5,240 nucleotides of DNA from Candidatus Iainarchaeum sp. (GTDB lineage: Archaea; Iainarchaeota; Iainarchaeia; Iainarchaeales; CSSED10-239). Made by a program: the position numbers and the translations under genes. Under the pieces are notes generated by a model. The model did no database searches. It saw only the letters and a program-made list of their open reading frames with translations, and was not told the origin of the DNA. The DNA is taken from positions 1 to 5,240 of the forward strand of contig JAQVRT010000047.1 in assembly GCA_028700905.1 (NCBI GenBank), written 5' to 3'. Below are positions 3,032 through 5,240 of this stretch, one piece after another. How positions within the stretch are numbered: position 1 is the stretch's first letter; each line of letters opens with the position of its first letter.

Positions 3032-5240
3032 ATGAAAAATATAAACATGAAAAAAGTTGTTGCTGGTGTAGCTGCTTTAGGTGTTTCAGCTCTTTTAGCT
3101 GGATCAGTTGTTGCTGCTAACGTTGGTGCAGATAACTTTTCTATGAACATCACTAAAGATACAATGTATAATAATGGTGTTCCAAGTGTTAGTGTTGTAG
3201 TAGGTTCTATGGCACAACCAGTTGATGTAGTATGGGCTGGTAACATAGCTGCTGCTATTGGTAAAAAAGCTTACACAACTGCTGGTACTGTTGGCGGAGC
3301 TGCTTTACAAGACGTAACTATTGAAGTAGGTTCTTCAAGTACATCAACAGTTTCTGGTGACGGTCTTTTTAAAGACGATGCTGATTTAGATGGTTCTAAT
3401 TATGAAATGGTTTTAGATTCAGATGACTATTCTTTATTACATGATGCAGACGTAGATGTAGATGAAGATTATGCAGGTGCTGATGAATTAACTATTGAAG
3501 ATAAATTAGAAGTAAATGCAAAAGTTGCTTTTGATGATGATAAAGAAGTTGGTGCATTAACTGCTACTATCTTAAAAGATGCAATTGAGTACACAGTTGA
3601 TTTTGATGAAGGTATTAAAAAAGGTTATGATGATGACGATGCATCACCAGAATTAAAATTCAATTTTATGGGTTCTCAATATGTTGTTGATACATTAAAT
3701 ACAGATTTAGATAAATTAACTTTAATAAAGAATAAAAATACACAAACTTATGCTGTAGGCGATTCTTTTGAAGTTGATGGATATTCTATTGAAGTATCTG
3801 ATATATTAGATAACGGAAATGCAAATGACCCTTATGAAGCTCAATTAACATTAAAAGATTCAGAAGGTAATATTGTTGCAACAGATGTATTCCAAGCTGA
3901 TGATGATGAAATATTTGAAGAACATTTAACTTCAAATTTAGATGTTGATTCAGTATATGCTACTATTGTAAAAATAATTTCAGGAACTAGTGGTAAATTA
4001 GAATTAGTTGATGGAGATTATATTGAAGATTTCCCAAATAACGGTGACGAAATCTGGAAAGTTAACTTTACAGATGATGGAAATTACTTAACTAATTTAA
4101 CTATTACTAATAATGATTCTGATTTCGAGTTTAAAGATGAAGAAGCATTAAGAATAGGAGATTCAATAGATTTACCTAATGATTTCGCTTCAATTGAATT
4201 CATGGGTCTTACTACTGAAGAAACTAAAGAAATAGTTGTTGAAGATAATGTTATTTCTTACGTAGATGATGGAGATGACGATCAAGAATTATTTGTTTAC
4301 GAAAGAGAAACAGGTACTTTAATGGATGAGTGGACAACTGATGGAGAAATAAATGGATTCAATTTATATTTCGATTTCAGTGCTGGAACTGCTAGTGATG
4401 TAAATTTCACTGTTCAAATGGATGATGATGAAGGTGATTATCTTCAATCAAACGGTTCTTGGAATACAACTGCTTATGAATTTGAAGCTGATGATGGATG
4501 GAATGCATTATCAATAAATTCAGATGATGCTGCTAGTAGTGCAGAAACATTTAGATATGGATTATATGTTGATACAAATACAGCTTATCCTGCAGAAGTA
4601 GGATTAGGTTTAGCTGTTGGTGGAACTGCATATAATATCTATTCAGGATCTACATGGGTTATTAGTGCAATTGACACAGACTTAACAACTGACACTGATG
4701 ATTTCAATACTGCTAGTAATTACGTTGGATATGTTGACGCTACTACATTAGTTGAAGATGATATGGAAGGTGGTTTCAAATTAACATTAACAACTGATTC
4801 TACTCCTGTATATGCTCATTTTGATGCATACACTGGTGATTTAGTAGATACAGAACATAATGATTATGAAGGAACTAACTACCAAGTTGACGGACCTGCA
4901 GATTTAGGAATCCACGATTCTGATGATTTAAAAGAAGCATATACAGATTTCGGTACATACTATATGATTGATTCTGGTATGTTTAAAGCTGTTGTTCCTG
5001 AAGCACAACTTTACGGACAATTCTTCATAGGTGGAGGATCATCTTCAGAAACTACACTTAACGGTGGAGAACTTGTTTTAACTACTCCTGGTACAGTTGT
5101 TGAAACAGAAGATGGTATGATCTCAGCTAAATTAATCACTTCAACAGTAACTGGTGGAGAAGAAATGACAGCTATGACACCTGCTAACTGGAATGCAAGT
5201 ACACAAAGAATTGTATACCTTGACAACGAAACAATGACAA
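3032..5240 (+). CDS. S-layer (surface-layer) protein precursor, archaeal type; 3' end lies outside the window
   Basis: Frame 2 is open from ATG 3032 to the window end (736 complete codons, translated by hand), so it is absent from the ORF track. The signal peptide is MKNINMKKVVAGVAALGVSALLAGSVVAA, with likely cleavage near VVA/AN at about nt 3115-3118. VVVGSMAQPVDVVWAGNIAAAIG (3194-3262) resembles the VVVG-x-A-x-x-DVV-x-A-x-x-IAAKIG motif I recall at the N-terminus of Methanococcales-type S-layer proteins. GYSIEVSDIL...YEAQLTLKDSEGNIVA resembles a methanococcal S-layer segment recalled from memory. The protein is very D/E-rich, has no Cys, carries about 10 N-x-S/T sequons and shows strong codon bias (GCT, GGT, GAT, GTT). 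Confidence 0.75.
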   Translation, partial: MKNINMKKVVAGVAALGVSALLAGSVVAANVGADNFSMNITKDTMYNNGVPSVSVVVGSMAQPVDVVWAGNIAAAIGKKAYTTAGTVGGAALQDVTIEVGSSSTSTVSGDGLFKDDADLDGSNYEMVLDSDDYSLLHDADVDVDEDYAGADELTIEDKLEVNAKVAFDDDKEVGALTATILKDAIEYTVDFDEGIKKGYDDDDASPELKFNFMGSQYVVDTLNTDLDKLTLIKNKNTQTYAVGDSFEVDGYSIEVSDILDNGNANDPYEAQLTLKDSEGNIVATDVFQADDDEIFEEHLTSNLDVDSVYATIVKIISGTSGKLELVDGDYIEDFPNNGDEIWKVNFTDDGNYLTNLTITNNDSDFEFKDEEALRIGDSIDLPNDFASIEFMGLTTEETKEIVVEDNVISYVDDGDDDQELFVYERETGTLMDEWTTDGEINGFNLYFDFSAGTASDVNFTVQMDDDEGDYLQSNGSWNTTAYEFEADDGWNALSINSDDAASSAETFRYGLYVDTNTAYPAEVGLGLAVGGTAYNIYSGSTWVISAIDTDLTTDTDDFNTASNYVGYVDATTLVEDDMEGGFKLTLTTDSTPVYAHFDAYTGDLVDTEHNDYEGTNYQVDGPADLGIHDSDDLKEAYTDFGTYYMIDSGMFKAVVPEAQLYGQFFIGGGSSSETTLNGGELVLTTPGTVVETEDGMISAKLITSTVTGGEEMTAMTPANWNASTQRIVYLDNETMT

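Noticed and set aside
2875-3246. 123-aa minus-strand ORF
   Set aside because: It is antisense to the S-layer signal-peptide region and its upstream leader. Its A/T/P-rich composition is what the reverse complement of GCT/GGT/GTT-rich codons would produce. It has no SD and no recognisable family features.
5011-5226. 71-aa minus-strand ORF
   Set aside because: It lies entirely antisense within the strongly codon-biased S-layer CDS. Its S/P/V-rich translation is a typical shadow ORF.
3032-5240. Halophilic (salt-in) adaptation inferred from the acidic S-layer protein
   Set aside because: The neighbouring proteins (RHH, HicA, HicB) are lysine-rich rather than acidic, so the acidity is not proteome-wide in this window.
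1-5240. CRISPR arrays, transposases/IS elements, rRNA genes
   Set aside because: There are no regularly spaced direct repeats of 24-40 nt. No terminal inverted repeats flank an ORF. No transposase-like or integrase-like ORFs and no rRNA-like conserved blocks were seen on either strand.

Overview
AT-rich window (roughly 30% GC by eye, not computed). All convincing genes are on the + strand. Contents in order: (1) 1-977, the 3' end of a large secreted surface protein with about three PKD/Ig-like repeats. It is open from the window edge, so the 516 start in the ORF track is an artefact. (2) 975-2338, three tandem small toxin-antitoxin-type cassettes: an RHH antitoxin plus a 9-codon toxin stub, an intact hicB-hicA pair, and a HicB-like orphan plus a possible hicA stub. 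Each cassette is preceded by a copy of the same ~50-nt promoter/Shine-Dalgarno module. (3) 2339-3031, a ~690-nt non-coding, repeat-rich region. (4) 3032-5240, the first ~736 codons of a very acidic archaeal-type S-layer protein with a signal peptide. It runs off the window, so it is missing from the ORF track. The S-layer N-terminal motif and the GGTGA ribosome-binding sites suggest an AT-rich archaeon (methanococcal-like or DPANN-like), but this is inference only. I see no clearly novel multi-gene system. The most unusual points are the modular promoter-plus-cassette structure of the TA island, apparent toxin loss in two of three cassettes, a GC-elevated non-coding island with short repeats, and the long structured region upstream of the S-layer gene. 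No CRISPR array, tRNA, rRNA or transposase was recognised.
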